Positions 50,768 to 61,399 of a stretch of 64,000 nucleotides of DNA are shown here, piece after piece. Under the pieces are notes generated by a model. That model was not told the origin of the DNA. It saw nothing but the letters and a program-made list of their open reading frames with translations, and ran no database searches. Position 1 is the first letter of the stretch. Each line of letters opens with the position of its first letter. The position numbers were made by a program, and so were the translations under genes. This stretch comes from Fervidobacterium sp. (GTDB lineage Bacteria; Thermotogota; Thermotogae; Thermotogales; Fervidobacteriaceae): NCBI GenBank assembly GCA_049970055.1, contig JBMFNR010000002.1, positions 276,406-340,405 of the forward strand, written 5' to 3'.

Positions 50768-51730
50768 TTGATGAATACTTTTAAGACGGTGAATACTTTG
50801 AAAAAGGAAAATACTCTGAAGAAAATTTTATTTCTTAAAATGATTTTTTACGCCCTCTCTCTTTTGCTTGCTTTTTATCACTTTTTGCTTTTCTTGGCAA
50901 TAATATTAATTGTGAACTTACCGCTGGTTAGGAAATCTATCTTCGGTAAGTTAGCGACGGACGAGGGCGAAGCATTATGGAAACATATTGAGTCAGAAAA
51001 ATATGATGGAAGAAATTATTTGGATATATATTACCCGGACACAGAGAAACTTAAAATTTCAAAGCCTAACGGTATAGTTGTTTTTGCACACGGTGGTGGA
51101 TGGATAAGTGGTTATAGAAGACAACCGAATAATGTTTCTTGGTACAGGTATCTTGTTAAAAATGGTTTTATCGTTGTAACGATAGATTACACGAGAGGGT
51201 ACACCGTAGGTATCGAGAAACTTGTTGAAGAGCTCTCTAATGCTGTGGAATTCATATCAAGAAAGTTCGAGAATGGAAAATACACGATATCACTTATGGG
51301 ACTGTCAGCTGGTGGGCATTTAGCTCTCTTAACGGCCTCACGTTATGCTTCAAAAATAGACAAAGTTGTGGCATATTATGCACCTTGTGATTTGATGGAT
51401 ATATGGGATTCACCATCGCTGTTTGCTAGGTTAGCAGCAGCTACTACATTAAAAAGGCTTCCAAGTAAATCAAAGGAAGTTTACGAGATATATTCACCGA
51501 TAAATAATGTTCACGATACCTATCCACCGACACTTCTTGTCCATGGATTAAGAGATACAGTAGTTCCATATATCTCTTCTGTTAAAATGTTTAAACGTTT
51601 GAGGGAAAAAGGCGTACCTGCGAAATTGCTTTTAAATCCAAGTGGTGATCATGGTTTTGAATTTGTACTTAGAGATGTTCGAACAATTGAGATATTGGAA
51701 AAAACTGTGGCATTCTTAATGAATCGGTAA
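50768..51730 (+). CDS. Membrane-anchored alpha/beta hydrolase (HSL-like esterase)
   Basis: HGGGW, GLSAGG, HGLRDTVV and DHGF motifs. Confidence 0.88.
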   Translation: MMNTFKTVNTLKKENTLKKILFLKMIFYALSLLLAFYHFLLFLAIILIVNLPLVRKSIFGKLATDEGEALWKHIESEKYDGRNYLDIYYPDTEKLKISKPNGIVVFAHGGGWISGYRRQPNNVSWYRYLVKNGFIVVTIDYTRGYTVGIEKLVEELSNAVEFISRKFENGKYTISLMGLSAGGHLALLTASRYASKIDKVVAYYAPCDLMDIWDSPSLFARLAAATTLKRLPSKSKEVYEIYSPINNVHDTYPPTLLVHGLRDTVVPYISSVKMFKRLREKGVPAKLLLNPSGDHGFEFVLRDVRTIEILEKTVAFLMNR

Positions 51731-51753
51731 TGAATGAGTATGGAGGGAAAAAA

Positions 51754-52761
51754 ATGGTAAGTTTTGAATATAGTGGTAAGATCGAAGAATTTACGCAAGG
51801 TTATATAATGAAATCAAAGAGGTTTAGAGGTCTTTATGTAAGATTCAAAACGCTCTACCCAAATCCTGTGAAAGGAACAGAACTTGTGGAATATTACATG
51901 TTTGACCCCAAAGAAGATCCTGTTGGTATTCTTTTTATACTCCACGGTCTTGGCACGTCCAACATTCCATTTTTACTTTGGATGGCAACTCACCTTGCTA
52001 ATGCCGGTGTTAGGGTCGTATTCCCCATACTTCCAGGTAATTTCACGCGTGTAGCACACAATTCTGTAAGTGGGAAAGACTTTTTTGATACAGATGTCGA
52101 AAGATCAACGAAGTTTTGGGAGCAATCGGTAATTGATGTAATAAGCATTGTTGATCATATCAAAGATCAAGGTTTATGGGTCAACAATGCCTGCTTATTC
52201 GGTTTTTGCCTCGGTGGCATGGTGTCTGTGATGATAAATGCAGTAAGAAACGACTTTGACAAAACTATTTTAATGACTGTTGGGGGTGAAATGGCGACGT
52301 TGATGTGGCATTCCCCAACCCTTGCATTTTTTAGAAGAAGTGTTGAAAAGCTCAAAGAAACAGGAAAAATAAAACATTTCATTGAAGATCAAAAAAAGAT
52401 GGAGGAGATATTTGAGCAAGAGTTGGGAATACTCCATAACTTTAAAAGTGTGAAAGAAATGCAAGAGAGTAATATTCATCCCTACCTTAAGTTAGATCCA
52501 ATTGCGTATGCTCAGTTTGTGGATAAAGAAAAGATAATATTTGTAGAAGCACTATTTGACAAAGCCCTACCTAGAAGGAGTAGAAAATTGCTATGGTATG
52601 CACTTGGAAAGCCGAAAAGATATGTGATCCCAAGTGGACATGTTACGTGGTTACCACTTCAATTTTTTGTCGCAAGGTTCATTTTGCAGAATATGGGCGT
52701 AAGGGAATTTAAAAAGCAGATGGAAATTTTAAAGAAAATTGATCTGGAAGAAAAAAAGTAA
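51754..52761 (+). CDS. Alpha/beta hydrolase with a GxCxG nucleophile elbow
   Basis: LHGLG, GFCLGG, FD and SGH; start after GGAGG. Confidence 0.75.
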   Translation: MVSFEYSGKIEEFTQGYIMKSKRFRGLYVRFKTLYPNPVKGTELVEYYMFDPKEDPVGILFILHGLGTSNIPFLLWMATHLANAGVRVVFPILPGNFTRVAHNSVSGKDFFDTDVERSTKFWEQSVIDVISIVDHIKDQGLWVNNACLFGFCLGGMVSVMINAVRNDFDKTILMTVGGEMATLMWHSPTLAFFRRSVEKLKETGKIKHFIEDQKKMEEIFEQELGILHNFKSVKEMQESNIHPYLKLDPIAYAQFVDKEKIIFVEALFDKALPRRSRKLLWYALGKPKRYVIPSGHVTWLPLQFFVARFILQNMGVREFKKQMEILKKIDLEEKK

Positions 52762-52774
52762 ACTCAAAATAAAC

Positions 52775-53236
52775 TCAAAAACCAGGCCAACCAAAATCGA
52801 ATGAACCACCAAATGCCGTTTTCTGACCGTTTTTAAACACATCCATGCTGACAGTTATAAATCTCTCAACACTCTCGTATACTGTCGTTGTTGATGTTAA
52901 TGAATATTGTATTGTTCTCTCGGAATCATTCAAGTTAATCTTTATATAGTCATCTATCGAAAATCCAGTTACTGGTCCGCTGTCTTTTAGGATGCTACCT
53001 ACGTTAGAGTACTGAATTTCATCCCAAAATGCACCATTATCTGTTAAAAACTTTGTCCAGATGTTTGCAGATGAGATCATGAGTAATCTGGCTTTCGAAT
53101 TGTCAAGAGAAGCCTGAATGCGTGATTCCACTTCTATAGTTTCTCTCATAACACTTGAGATTACGGTAGCAGATAAACTTGCAAGTAAGAAAATCAGTAA
53201 GGAAATAGATATGGTTATTATACCTCTTTTGTACAC
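52775..53236 (-). CDS. PilX/GspK-like minor pilin
   Basis: KRG|IITIS (no Glu5) plus hydrophobic helix; last gene of the pilin cluster. Confidence 0.6.
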   Translation of the reverse strand: MYKRGIITISISLLIFLLASLSATVISSVMRETIEVESRIQASLDNSKARLLMISSANIWTKFLTDNGAFWDEIQYSNVGSILKDSGPVTGFSIDDYIKINLNDSERTIQYSLTSTTTVYESVERFITVSMDVFKNGQKTAFGGSFDFGWPGF

Positions 53237-53256
53237 TTTTTTTCACCTCACGAGTG

Positions 53257-54342
53257 TTATTGTATAGCTTTTGGAATTATTATGAGCCGTGTTTTCGTGA
53301 GAATTGCATCGTTTTTTGATAGATTCTTCCATGGTGCTTCCCAATTCACCGTAAATTTAATTCCAACGATGTAGTCTTTTATACTTCGGACAGCTGGACC
53401 GTATTTATACGTATTCCAGTCGTCTCTGTTATCAAACCGTATTTCTGCTAAATTTCCAGAGGAGTAATACACAAGACTCCCTTCAAAATTTGTTACATTA
53501 TCAAGTAATTTAACAGTGTAGGTATTTTGAGATAAATCTGTTGATGGAAGGAAACGTGTCATAGTAATTTCTTTTGTTTGTGAATTATATTCGATTTTCA
53601 CTTGTCTGAATGTTTTTGTCGTGTACCCAAAGTTAAAGATGGTATTTTTAAATCTTGCGATGGGAACAATGTAAAAATAATTTTTATACTTTGGATCAGA
53701 AGACTCTGGGTTTAGCACTATCTCACTTGGTGGATTCGTTGATGCGATCTCCTTTACAATAAAAGAGTCAGTAGGACTTACTTGAATCAGTGAATTCACT
53801 GGTGCTCCGTTTTTATAGAATAGTAACTTTGCGTATCGCGGTGTATATGTTGGAGCGGATGGGGAGATGGCATTTTTTAAAATGCACCAGCCGGCTAGAA
53901 GGTATCCTGTTGTTGTTGGTCTGTAAGTTTTTGTTGTTGTATCATATTTGAGCATAACGGGTGATGGTAGTATATACGTTACGTAAATAGCAAATCCTGT
54001 CGTTGTTTTTTCTATATCTAAGCTATTGTATAGCCAAAGTTTATCTGTTATTTCAGTGTAAACTGTCCCGTCTGGTTTCAGCAATTTGCCGTCATTCGAA
54101 AAAGCATTCGCACCTTCTCTCATTAATAGGGTTGAACCGCTACCTGTCCATTTCAGTTCGCCTTCTAAAACATCAAATAAGAAATCTACATAACTTTGTG
54201 CATACAGTGTTTGCAACGTAGCTCTTGTTATCTGGTATGATTTCAAGGTAGAGTCCGTTATCGATACTAAAATTGCGAAGAATATCGAGATAATTATAAG
54301 CACTACTAAAACTTCTGACAAAGTATATCCACTTTTTCCCAT
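53257..54342 (-). CDS. Large minor pilin (PilW-like)
   Basis: KSG|YTLSE prepilin motif. Confidence 0.8.
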   Translation of the reverse strand: MGKSGYTLSEVLVVLIIISIFFAILVSITDSTLKSYQITRATLQTLYAQSYVDFLFDVLEGELKWTGSGSTLLMREGANAFSNDGKLLKPDGTVYTEITDKLWLYNSLDIEKTTTGFAIYVTYILPSPVMLKYDTTTKTYRPTTTGYLLAGWCILKNAISPSAPTYTPRYAKLLFYKNGAPVNSLIQVSPTDSFIVKEIASTNPPSEIVLNPESSDPKYKNYFYIVPIARFKNTIFNFGYTTKTFRQVKIEYNSQTKEITMTRFLPSTDLSQNTYTVKLLDNVTNFEGSLVYYSSGNLAEIRFDNRDDWNTYKYGPAVRSIKDYIVGIKFTVNWEAPWKNLSKNDAILTKTRLIIIPKAIQ

Positions 54343-54362
54343 GCTATCACCACTCACACCAC

Positions 54363-54908
54363 TCATTTTTCTAAGATCTTTGGATAAGAGTCTTCTATTA
54401 TTATTGCTATGCTTTTATCACCAATAACAAATTCAAACGTAGCATTTGAGTAGTCTAAGCTCATTGTATTAGACTTATCTTTACGTACGAATATCCCATC
54501 TACTGTGTAAAGGTCGGTTATAGATTGAACCTCTTTGCCGTTTAATTTTACAATTATTTCTTGATAGTCCTTGTCATTAAGGCTCAAAGAAGAAATAGAT
54601 ACCTGGTTGTCTGGAGTTCCATCTAGATCGTTGTCTACGAATGAAGAGAATGTCCTATTTTCGTATTTTATGCATACAACATCACTTCCGTTAAAACCAG
54701 TTTTTCTGGCATCGGATAGTAAAAAGAAAAATTTTTGTGAAACGTTTAAAAGTTTTGCTTCCTTTGGAAGAACACTCGACATTTTGTAGTAAAGTGGAAT
54801 AGAAATAGCCATGAGTAGAGATATTAACAAAATGGCGACCATAAGCTCTGTAAATGTGTATCCTTTGGAATAATTGATTCTTAGTTTTTTTCTGGATAAT
54901 CTTACCAT
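54363..54908 (-). CDS. Minor pilin (FimT/FimU/GspH-like)
   Basis: SKG|YTFTE..V motif, Pro22 and L..AR pattern. Confidence 0.8.
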   Translation of the reverse strand: MVRLSRKKLRINYSKGYTFTELMVAILLISLLMAISIPLYYKMSSVLPKEAKLLNVSQKFFFLLSDARKTGFNGSDVVCIKYENRTFSSFVDNDLDGTPDNQVSISSLSLNDKDYQEIIVKLNGKEVQSITDLYTVDGIFVRKDKSNTMSLDYSNATFEFVIGDKSIAIIIEDSYPKILEK

Positions 54909-55330
54909 TGTTGAGGCACCACCTGTGTTTCAAGATACCTTCCTTTGGAATCTGTTACTCTAATCACCACAACGGTTACAGGGTTTGTTTTTATGTTTGG
55001 TGGTTTTGATACGCTCGTGTATGTATTTGAAGATTGGTTATAATTAAAATATTTAAAGTTGGATGATAGATCTGTACTCACTTTTTTTACTGAAATTGTA
55101 TATTGCTGACCTTTGTATGTAATACTTTGTGTATTCTCGAATATTTGGGTCTGATTTAACGTTGATATTTCTTCGCATTTATTAATTAAAAGTTCCAACA
55201 TGTTTAGAATTATTCTATTTTCATAGACTTTTTTTAAAAGGTTATACGAACTCACCATACTTACTCCAATTGCTAGTGAAGTAATCAGTATTGCTATCAA
55301 AGCTTCAACTAATAAAGAGCCTGGCTTCAT
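54902..55330 (-). CDS. Minor pilin (PilV-like)
   Basis: MKPG|SLLVEALIA motif; GAGG RBS. Confidence 0.75.
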   Translation of the reverse strand: MKPGSLLVEALIAILITSLAIGVSMVSSYNLLKKVYENRIILNMLELLINKCEEISTLNQTQIFENTQSITYKGQQYTISVKKVSTDLSSNFKYFNYNQSSNTYTSVSKPPNIKTNPVTVVVIRVTDSKGRYLETQVVPQQW

Positions 55331-55335
55331 ATCAA

Positions 55336-57126
55336 TTACCTCTCTTTTGTCCAATTGAAACCGCGTATGATTACCCTTGCAGGTTCAGTCCATATTCTGT
55401 ACGTTACTTTTGTCAAATGCGGAGCTTGGGTTTTACTTAATGCTTTGAGAACAATGATCACTTGTGGATCGGGGGATGGAGTATCCAGGATCGCTCTTGC
55501 AACAAACTTTTTTGACAGTGGTATGGGCATATACGTTTGCATCTGTTGCATCGTAGACGCATCCAACATGAGCGGAAAATTAGAAGGAACGATCAGCGAA
55601 GGATCTGTTATTAGTTTTTTGGAGTATCTCAGTTCGAAGTATCCTACACCGCTTTCAAGAAATTCAACCTCTACTTCGAAAGCCCTCACAAAATTATTCT
55701 GAAGCAACAACTTGGGAATACCAATGACAATATTTCCATCAGGGTATTTGTAATCCACTAAGTTGACCAATCTGTCACTAACCATAATCCCATCTGTAAG
55801 TTTGTATTCATTTACCGTTTGTGTCAGAATTTTGTAATAATTTCCAGAGTGATTACCATCCGCAGCAACGAAATCGGGTATGCCATCGTTATCAAGATCG
55901 CCTATCGTTCCAGCATCAAAATCGTACGGGGGTTTGTTTTCTGCAGAATAACTTCCATGAACAAGTTCCAAGCTTAAAAATTGCGGAATTCCAGTTGCAG
56001 TAAAATTTTTACCTTTGAAGAGATAAACGGAGCCTCCAAAGTTTTTGCCTTGTCTCCAAGCATCTGTACCAACAAATACATCTGGAACACCATCTCTATC
56101 AACGTCCGTGACTTTTATAATGGTCGGTGCAAACGAGGGCAACGTGGATGGTGACTTTGAATTTAGAATGCTACTGTCAACAGTAGCTATATTTCCAAGT
56201 GTTCCGTCTGCCTTTACAAGTGTTATTTTTGTATTTACGTCATACACAATTTGATTATTCACAATCTTTCCGGGGTATATAAATATATTCTTTTTATCGG
56301 TATTTCCAGCTATTATGTCTGGAACCCCGTCTTTATTTACGTCATAAACATCGAGTACTGCGCCTCCGTTGGATGCCGTTGTACCGATATCAGGATCATC
56401 TATCAATTTTATAAACTGCGTATTAAAGAATCTATCTTTACCTTTCGAATTGTTATTCTTCCAGAGCCAAACTCTTCCTCTCATGTCTGCGTATACGATA
56501 TCTTTGTATCCATCTCCATCAAAATCATATGAAGCCATGGCACTAACCGTCCAGTTTGTGAGAAAGTCCGATAGATTGTAAGGTACGTTCTTTGTGTAAA
56601 TTTTTGGTGTATTTTGAATGGCATTTGGGACATAAGCAGCTTGATAATGAGCATTATAAAGAAAAATATCAACTTTTCCATCGTTGTCAAAATCATCAAC
56701 AATAAATGTACCGTCACCAGCTATTCCAAGGTTGTAAGAGATATAATCTTCGATTTGAAGATTATTGTTTATTATTCCTTTGTTTTGTTTTATTACAACT
56801 TTTCCTCCATAAGTTATACTCACAATATCAGCATAACCGTCTTTGTTGTAATCAACAGCGAAAGTTTGTGAGACATCTGTAAAAGGGCCAGAACCAGGAG
56901 AGGCTGTTATTGTATTTATTTGATATGCAATAACAGCAACGAGTTTATCAGATACCGTTCTTAATGAAATATCCTTTGCGTAAACGCATCCTAAAGCAGA
57001 TTCTGGTTTAGATTGATCATAATTAGATATGGGGTATGTCTTTGAGTAATTTGGCTTTGACCAATCAATTGAAAAAATTGTGGAGACAATTATCAGTAAA
57101 CTAATTGATAAAAGCCTTAGTCTCAT
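55336..57126 (-). CDS. Exported FG-GAP/VCBS-repeat beta-propeller protein
   Basis: Signal peptide; six DxD/NxDG..D repeats; start after GGAGG. Confidence 0.82.
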   Translation of the reverse strand: MRLRLLSISLLIIVSTIFSIDWSKPNYSKTYPISNYDQSKPESALGCVYAKDISLRTVSDKLVAVIAYQINTITASPGSGPFTDVSQTFAVDYNKDGYADIVSITYGGKVVIKQNKGIINNNLQIEDYISYNLGIAGDGTFIVDDFDNDGKVDIFLYNAHYQAAYVPNAIQNTPKIYTKNVPYNLSDFLTNWTVSAMASYDFDGDGYKDIVYADMRGRVWLWKNNNSKGKDRFFNTQFIKLIDDPDIGTTASNGGAVLDVYDVNKDGVPDIIAGNTDKKNIFIYPGKIVNNQIVYDVNTKITLVKADGTLGNIATVDSSILNSKSPSTLPSFAPTIIKVTDVDRDGVPDVFVGTDAWRQGKNFGGSVYLFKGKNFTATGIPQFLSLELVHGSYSAENKPPYDFDAGTIGDLDNDGIPDFVAADGNHSGNYYKILTQTVNEYKLTDGIMVSDRLVNLVDYKYPDGNIVIGIPKLLLQNNFVRAFEVEVEFLESGVGYFELRYSKKLITDPSLIVPSNFPLMLDASTMQQMQTYMPIPLSKKFVARAILDTPSPDPQVIIVLKALSKTQAPHLTKVTYRIWTEPARVIIRGFNWTKER

Positions 57127-57202
57127 TTTCTCGCCTCCGAGTTTAGAGATTAACACATAAACAGTTACATTTTGACTATTCTATCACGAAAGTTATCTAA
57201 AA

Positions 57203-57240
57203 ACAAAACAGGGGAATTTTTACAAAACCCCCTGTTTTGT
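57203..57240 (-). terminator. Terminator after pepV
   Basis: ACAAAACAGGGG...CCCCTGTTTTGT, followed by a T run on the minus strand. Confidence 0.75.
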
Positions 57241-57299
57241 TATTGTGTTATTTTGCTTGTCTATTTTTAGCATGTATTTATTCTGTATTTACTGTATAT

Positions 57300-58691
57300 T
57301 TACTCCGTAAGCCATCTATAGATAAGTTTTGTATAGATTTTCACGAACTTCTTGAACGATTCTAGTGACCAATTTTCGTTTGGTTCGTGCATATGTGTCT
57401 CTTCACCAGGGAATACTGCACCATAAGCTACTCCGTATGGTACACTTCTTGCGTACGTACCGCCACCAATTGAAATTGGTTGCGTTTCGTCTTTTGTCTC
57501 AGAATAATAAATTTCCATAAGCATTTTGATAAAATCACTATCTTTTGAAACATAAAGTGGTTTGCTGTAGCTTGTTCGTTCGATTTCGAACTTACTCAAA
57601 GATTCTTTTATCTGTGACGTTATCATATCTACATTAAAAAATATTGGATGCCTTATGTTGATGATTGCTACTATTTTGTTATTTTCTAATTTAAGGATCC
57701 CTAAGTTACAGGTGAGTTTTTTACTAATATCATCCTGACCAGATATACTCAGTCCAATACCGTAGTAATCTTTCCCAAGTTTTTCATAAAGTGTTCTGAT
57801 TATTTTACTATCTTCGCCCAGATCCAATCTTGATAGTAATTCAAGCATGCCAGCTGCTGCATTTAGTCCCGCCTCTGGATGTGCACCGTGTGCCGATTTG
57901 CCGTAAGATTTTATCGTTATCTTATCACCATCGATCTTGTATTCGTACCTGCATGAGTTCTTGTAATTTTCAACAACATACGCAATTTCTCTAACTTTAT
58001 CGCTTTCAATTACCGCAGTACATTCTTCTGGTACAACATTTGCCGCCGTTCCCGCTTTAAGGTCTATTAACTTTGTCGAATAGTCATTTTTAATTGATCC
58101 TGTTATTTTGTAAGTAACAATTCCCTTCTCAGCAAAAACGACTGGAAAATCACCATCTGGTGTCACTGCAGCATAAGGATATGGTTGTTTTGTGAAATAA
58201 TATTTCAAACACTGTGATCCATTTTCTTCGTTTGTGCCAAAGATAACTCTTACTCTATTTTTTGGTTTATCTACTAACTCAGAGGCTATCTTTAGTGCAA
58301 ATAACGCACCGATGCTTGGACCTTTGTCATCCGATACTCCTCTGCCGTATATTTTCCCATCTCTTATCGAAAGTGTATAAGGGTCTGATTCCCATCGTTC
58401 AATATCACCTTCAGGTACAACATCTAAATGTCCAAGAATTCCATAAAGCTTTCCACCACTACCATATTCTACATGCCCTGCATAATTATCAACGTTAACA
58501 GGTTCAAAACCGAGTTCTTTTGCTATCAAGAGTGTTTCTTCTAATGCCTTTGCCGGTCCTTCTCCAAAAGGCATTCCGTCCTTAGGTTCTCCCATAACTG
58601 AACGAATTTTAATTACTCTACCAAGCGTTGTCAAAACATCATCGAAATATTTGTTCACAAGTTCGTTGATTTTCAGATCAATACTTTCCAT
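57300..58691 (-). CDS. pepV: Dipeptidase PepV (M20A, Sapep family)
   Basis: GHLDVVP, GRGVSDDKGP, NEENG, GGGTYAR and MHEPNE motifs. Confidence 0.92.
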   Translation of the reverse strand: MESIDLKINELVNKYFDDVLTTLGRVIKIRSVMGEPKDGMPFGEGPAKALEETLLIAKELGFEPVNVDNYAGHVEYGSGGKLYGILGHLDVVPEGDIERWESDPYTLSIRDGKIYGRGVSDDKGPSIGALFALKIASELVDKPKNRVRVIFGTNEENGSQCLKYYFTKQPYPYAAVTPDGDFPVVFAEKGIVTYKITGSIKNDYSTKLIDLKAGTAANVVPEECTAVIESDKVREIAYVVENYKNSCRYEYKIDGDKITIKSYGKSAHGAHPEAGLNAAAGMLELLSRLDLGEDSKIIRTLYEKLGKDYYGIGLSISGQDDISKKLTCNLGILKLENNKIVAIINIRHPIFFNVDMITSQIKESLSKFEIERTSYSKPLYVSKDSDFIKMLMEIYYSETKDETQPISIGGGTYARSVPYGVAYGAVFPGEETHMHEPNENWSLESFKKFVKIYTKLIYRWLTE

Positions 58692-58721
58692 TGCACAATC
58701 CCTCCTTTAATGTGATTTTCA

Positions 58722-59771
58722 TTACAACAGTTCGTGGTATTTTCTTGCCATTCTCATTATCACATATGGAAGTGTTGGAGACAAATGATATGCATTCTTT
58801 ATTATCGCCATTTTTGAGTGAAAAACGCTATTGTTAGTATCTAAATGTGTTTTGTGTATATACTTTTCGATATCTTTTCTACTGGTAATTTTTCTCCAAT
58901 CTATGTAATTAAGTTTGTTGTAAGCTAATATACCTAAGGTTTGCGTGTAAGCCAATGGAAGTGAGTAGTTTTCTATGTGCACTACCAATTCATTTGCGTT
59001 AAGTGTTAAAAAGAATTTTCTCAACCTTCTCATAACTCCCACATAGTGGAACATACTTAGGCTCTTCGTTTTTGTTGCGGAAGACTTTCTGTACAGCCAG
59101 TAATACACGTAATCATCACAAAATGCAATTTTCTTCGAATAATAAAAAAGTTTTGCGATGAACTCAAAGTCTTCTGCAATTTTAACACCAGGGGTGAACC
59201 ATATGTTATTTTCTACAATGATTTTCTTTTCAAACAGGATATTTCCCAGATGGATAAATGGCTTGTAGGTAAGAAAATTCTTTATCAATTCTATTTTATC
59301 CACAACACTACCATCTACCCTCCCCAGTTCATCAGAAATCATTATTTGCCTACCTTTTGATGTTTTCATTACAAATTTACCGAATGATATATTTGCATTC
59401 ACCGAAACTAATGTCTTGTAAAGTTTTTCAGTTGACTGCTCGGGCACAATATCATCGCCATCTATGAATCTGATATACTTACCATTTGAATATTTTATGC
59501 CTACGTTCCGAGCAATACTTACTCCACTATTTTGTTGATTAATAACCGTCCAACTGACTTTCTTGTTCAGTGTTTCTTTTACAATTTGAGAAGTTTTATC
59601 TTTCGAGCCATCATTGACAACAATTACCTCGGAATTTCTAAAAGTTTGTGCCAAAATACTTTCAAGTGTTTTCGAAATATATTTTTCGACATTGTAAGCC
59701 GGTATAACGTACGAAATCAATGGTTCTTCATCGTTTAATTTAAATCTTTCTACGTTTATTATGCCCAACAT
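58722..59771 (-). CDS. Glycosyltransferase family 2
   Basis: ISYVIPAYN, VNDGSKD, ARN.G and FIDGDD motifs. Confidence 0.92.
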   Translation of the reverse strand: MLGIINVERFKLNDEEPLISYVIPAYNVEKYISKTLESILAQTFRNSEVIVVNDGSKDKTSQIVKETLNKKVSWTVINQQNSGVSIARNVGIKYSNGKYIRFIDGDDIVPEQSTEKLYKTLVSVNANISFGKFVMKTSKGRQIMISDELGRVDGSVVDKIELIKNFLTYKPFIHLGNILFEKKIIVENNIWFTPGVKIAEDFEFIAKLFYYSKKIAFCDDYVYYWLYRKSSATKTKSLSMFHYVGVMRRLRKFFLTLNANELVVHIENYSLPLAYTQTLGILAYNKLNYIDWRKITSRKDIEKYIHKTHLDTNNSVFHSKMAIIKNAYHLSPTLPYVIMRMARKYHELL

Positions 59772-59907
59772 CTCCTTTCTGCTTATTTTTATACAATTTT
59801 ATAATTTTAAACCTGAACTTTCAAGATACAATTGTGAAATAAATGATAGGATAAAGATCCCCCTCAAAACTCCAGGGGGAAAAATTTAAAGGATATTAAG
59901 TATATAT

Positions 59908-60918
59908 TTAAAATCTTACTGCAACACTCTCTCTTTTTATCAATTCAACAGGTACAACCAACTCAGTTACGATCTTTTCCTTGATAGTTTTTATTAAAGA
60001 ATTAAACGCTTCTGCCCCAAGTTTTAATTTGTCAACTCTCACAGTTGTAAGTGAAGGTGTCACAATAGATGCGAATTGAATATCGTCAAAACCAAGTAAA
60101 GAAACATCTTCTGGAACTTTTATACTCTTTTCTTTTAGAACTTTCAAAACTGCTAATGCGTATATATCATTGTAACATATTACCGCATCGAAGTTTTTCG
60201 TTTTTGAAATATATTTTTCGAATATTTCGTAAGCATTATCAAAACCTTCGTATGATCTAATAACTCTAATCTTGGCATCTTTGTTGTGTTCTTTTAATGC
60301 CTTTTTTGCACCTTTTTCTCTCATCTTTGCGGCAAATTTGTATTCCATACCATTAAGAAATAGAATATTTTTGTGCCCTGTTTCGAGAAGATATTTCATA
60401 GCTATATAACCGCCATTTTCATCATCACTATACACATAGTTCGTTGTTATACCATCCAACTTACTCCCTACTATTACGTTAGGAATATGATTTTCTACAA
60501 GTTCCCGTATATCTTCTGTCTGAGACTGTATTGCTGTGATTATTAGTCCATCAACTCTGCGTTGTAGCAATGTTTTTATAGCTCTTACTTCGTTCTCGTA
60601 ATTTCTGTCTGTATTGATGAGTATAATACTGTAGCCATTCTTTCTTGCTTCTATTTCAATGCCTTTTACAAGCTCAGCATAAAATGGGTTTGAATTATCT
60701 GCAACAATGACACCAATAATCCCTGAGTGTTTAGTTCTAAGCGAAGAAGCGGCACAATTACGTGTATATCCCAGCTCCTGAGCTATCCTTATTATATTTT
60801 CTTTTGTTTTTTGAGCTACGTACCCTTTGTTGCTAAGAGCTCTTGAAACTGTTATTATAGATACTCCAGCTGCTCTTGCAATATCTTTTATGGTAACAAA
60901 GCTTTTCGTGCGTTCCAT
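59908..60918 (-). CDS. LacI family transcriptional regulator
   Basis: TIKDIARAAGVS..TVSRAL HTH; VPEDVSLLGFDD and PSLTTV. Confidence 0.95.
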   Translation of the reverse strand: MERTKSFVTIKDIARAAGVSIITVSRALSNKGYVAQKTKENIIRIAQELGYTRNCAASSLRTKHSGIIGVIVADNSNPFYAELVKGIEIEARKNGYSIILINTDRNYENEVRAIKTLLQRRVDGLIITAIQSQTEDIRELVENHIPNVIVGSKLDGITTNYVYSDDENGGYIAMKYLLETGHKNILFLNGMEYKFAAKMREKGAKKALKEHNKDAKIRVIRSYEGFDNAYEIFEKYISKTKNFDAVICYNDIYALAVLKVLKEKSIKVPEDVSLLGFDDIQFASIVTPSLTTVRVDKLKLGAEAFNSLIKTIKEKIVTELVVPVELIKRESVAVRF

Positions 60919-61397
60919 TACTTATAGTTTTCCTCCTCTATTTCTTTTATTTTATTTTGTGCTCCCCTAAGTAATTCTTGCCTCCACTCTTCTAAACCCT
61001 CTGTAAAAGAAGCGTTTAGCCATCTTTCAACCATATCACATGCTTGCTCTGGTGCAACTACCCACCCACCCATCGTTAGCACATTTGCGTTGTTGATAAC
61101 CTTAGCCATCCTTGAAGTGTAGCTTCCTTCAACCGCAACAGCGTATATCCCTTTGAATTTATTCGCAACTATTGACATTCCCGCTCCCGTTCCGCAGATC
61201 AGTATTCCCCTCTCGTATTCACCAGATTGGATTTTTCGTGCAACTCTTGGCGCAACTTCGTAGAAAGGCAACCAGTTATCTAAGTCCTTTGTCCCAACAT
61301 CTTCAACTTCATATCCTCTTGATTCAAGGAATTTTTTTATTAATTCTTTTAAGTTGTATCCAGATTTATCAGAACCGATTACTATACGTTTTGTCAT
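60918..61397 (-). CDS. RpiB/LacA/LacB family sugar-phosphate isomerase
   Basis: IGSD.SG..LK, CGTGAG...ANK and NNANVL motifs; lacks the usual DHAG/HN histidines. Confidence 0.88.
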   Translation of the reverse strand: MTKRIVIGSDKSGYNLKELIKKFLESRGYEVEDVGTKDLDNWLPFYEVAPRVARKIQSGEYERGILICGTGAGMSIVANKFKGIYAVAVEGSYTSRMAKVINNANVLTMGGWVVAPEQACDMVERWLNASFTEGLEEWRQELLRGAQNKIKEIEEENYK

Positions 61398-61399
61398 CT

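Noticed and set aside
50773..50825. 18-bp degenerate repeat encoding NTFK/NTLK/NTLK at the esterase N-terminus
   Set aside because: Low-complexity expansion that only makes the start codon ambiguous
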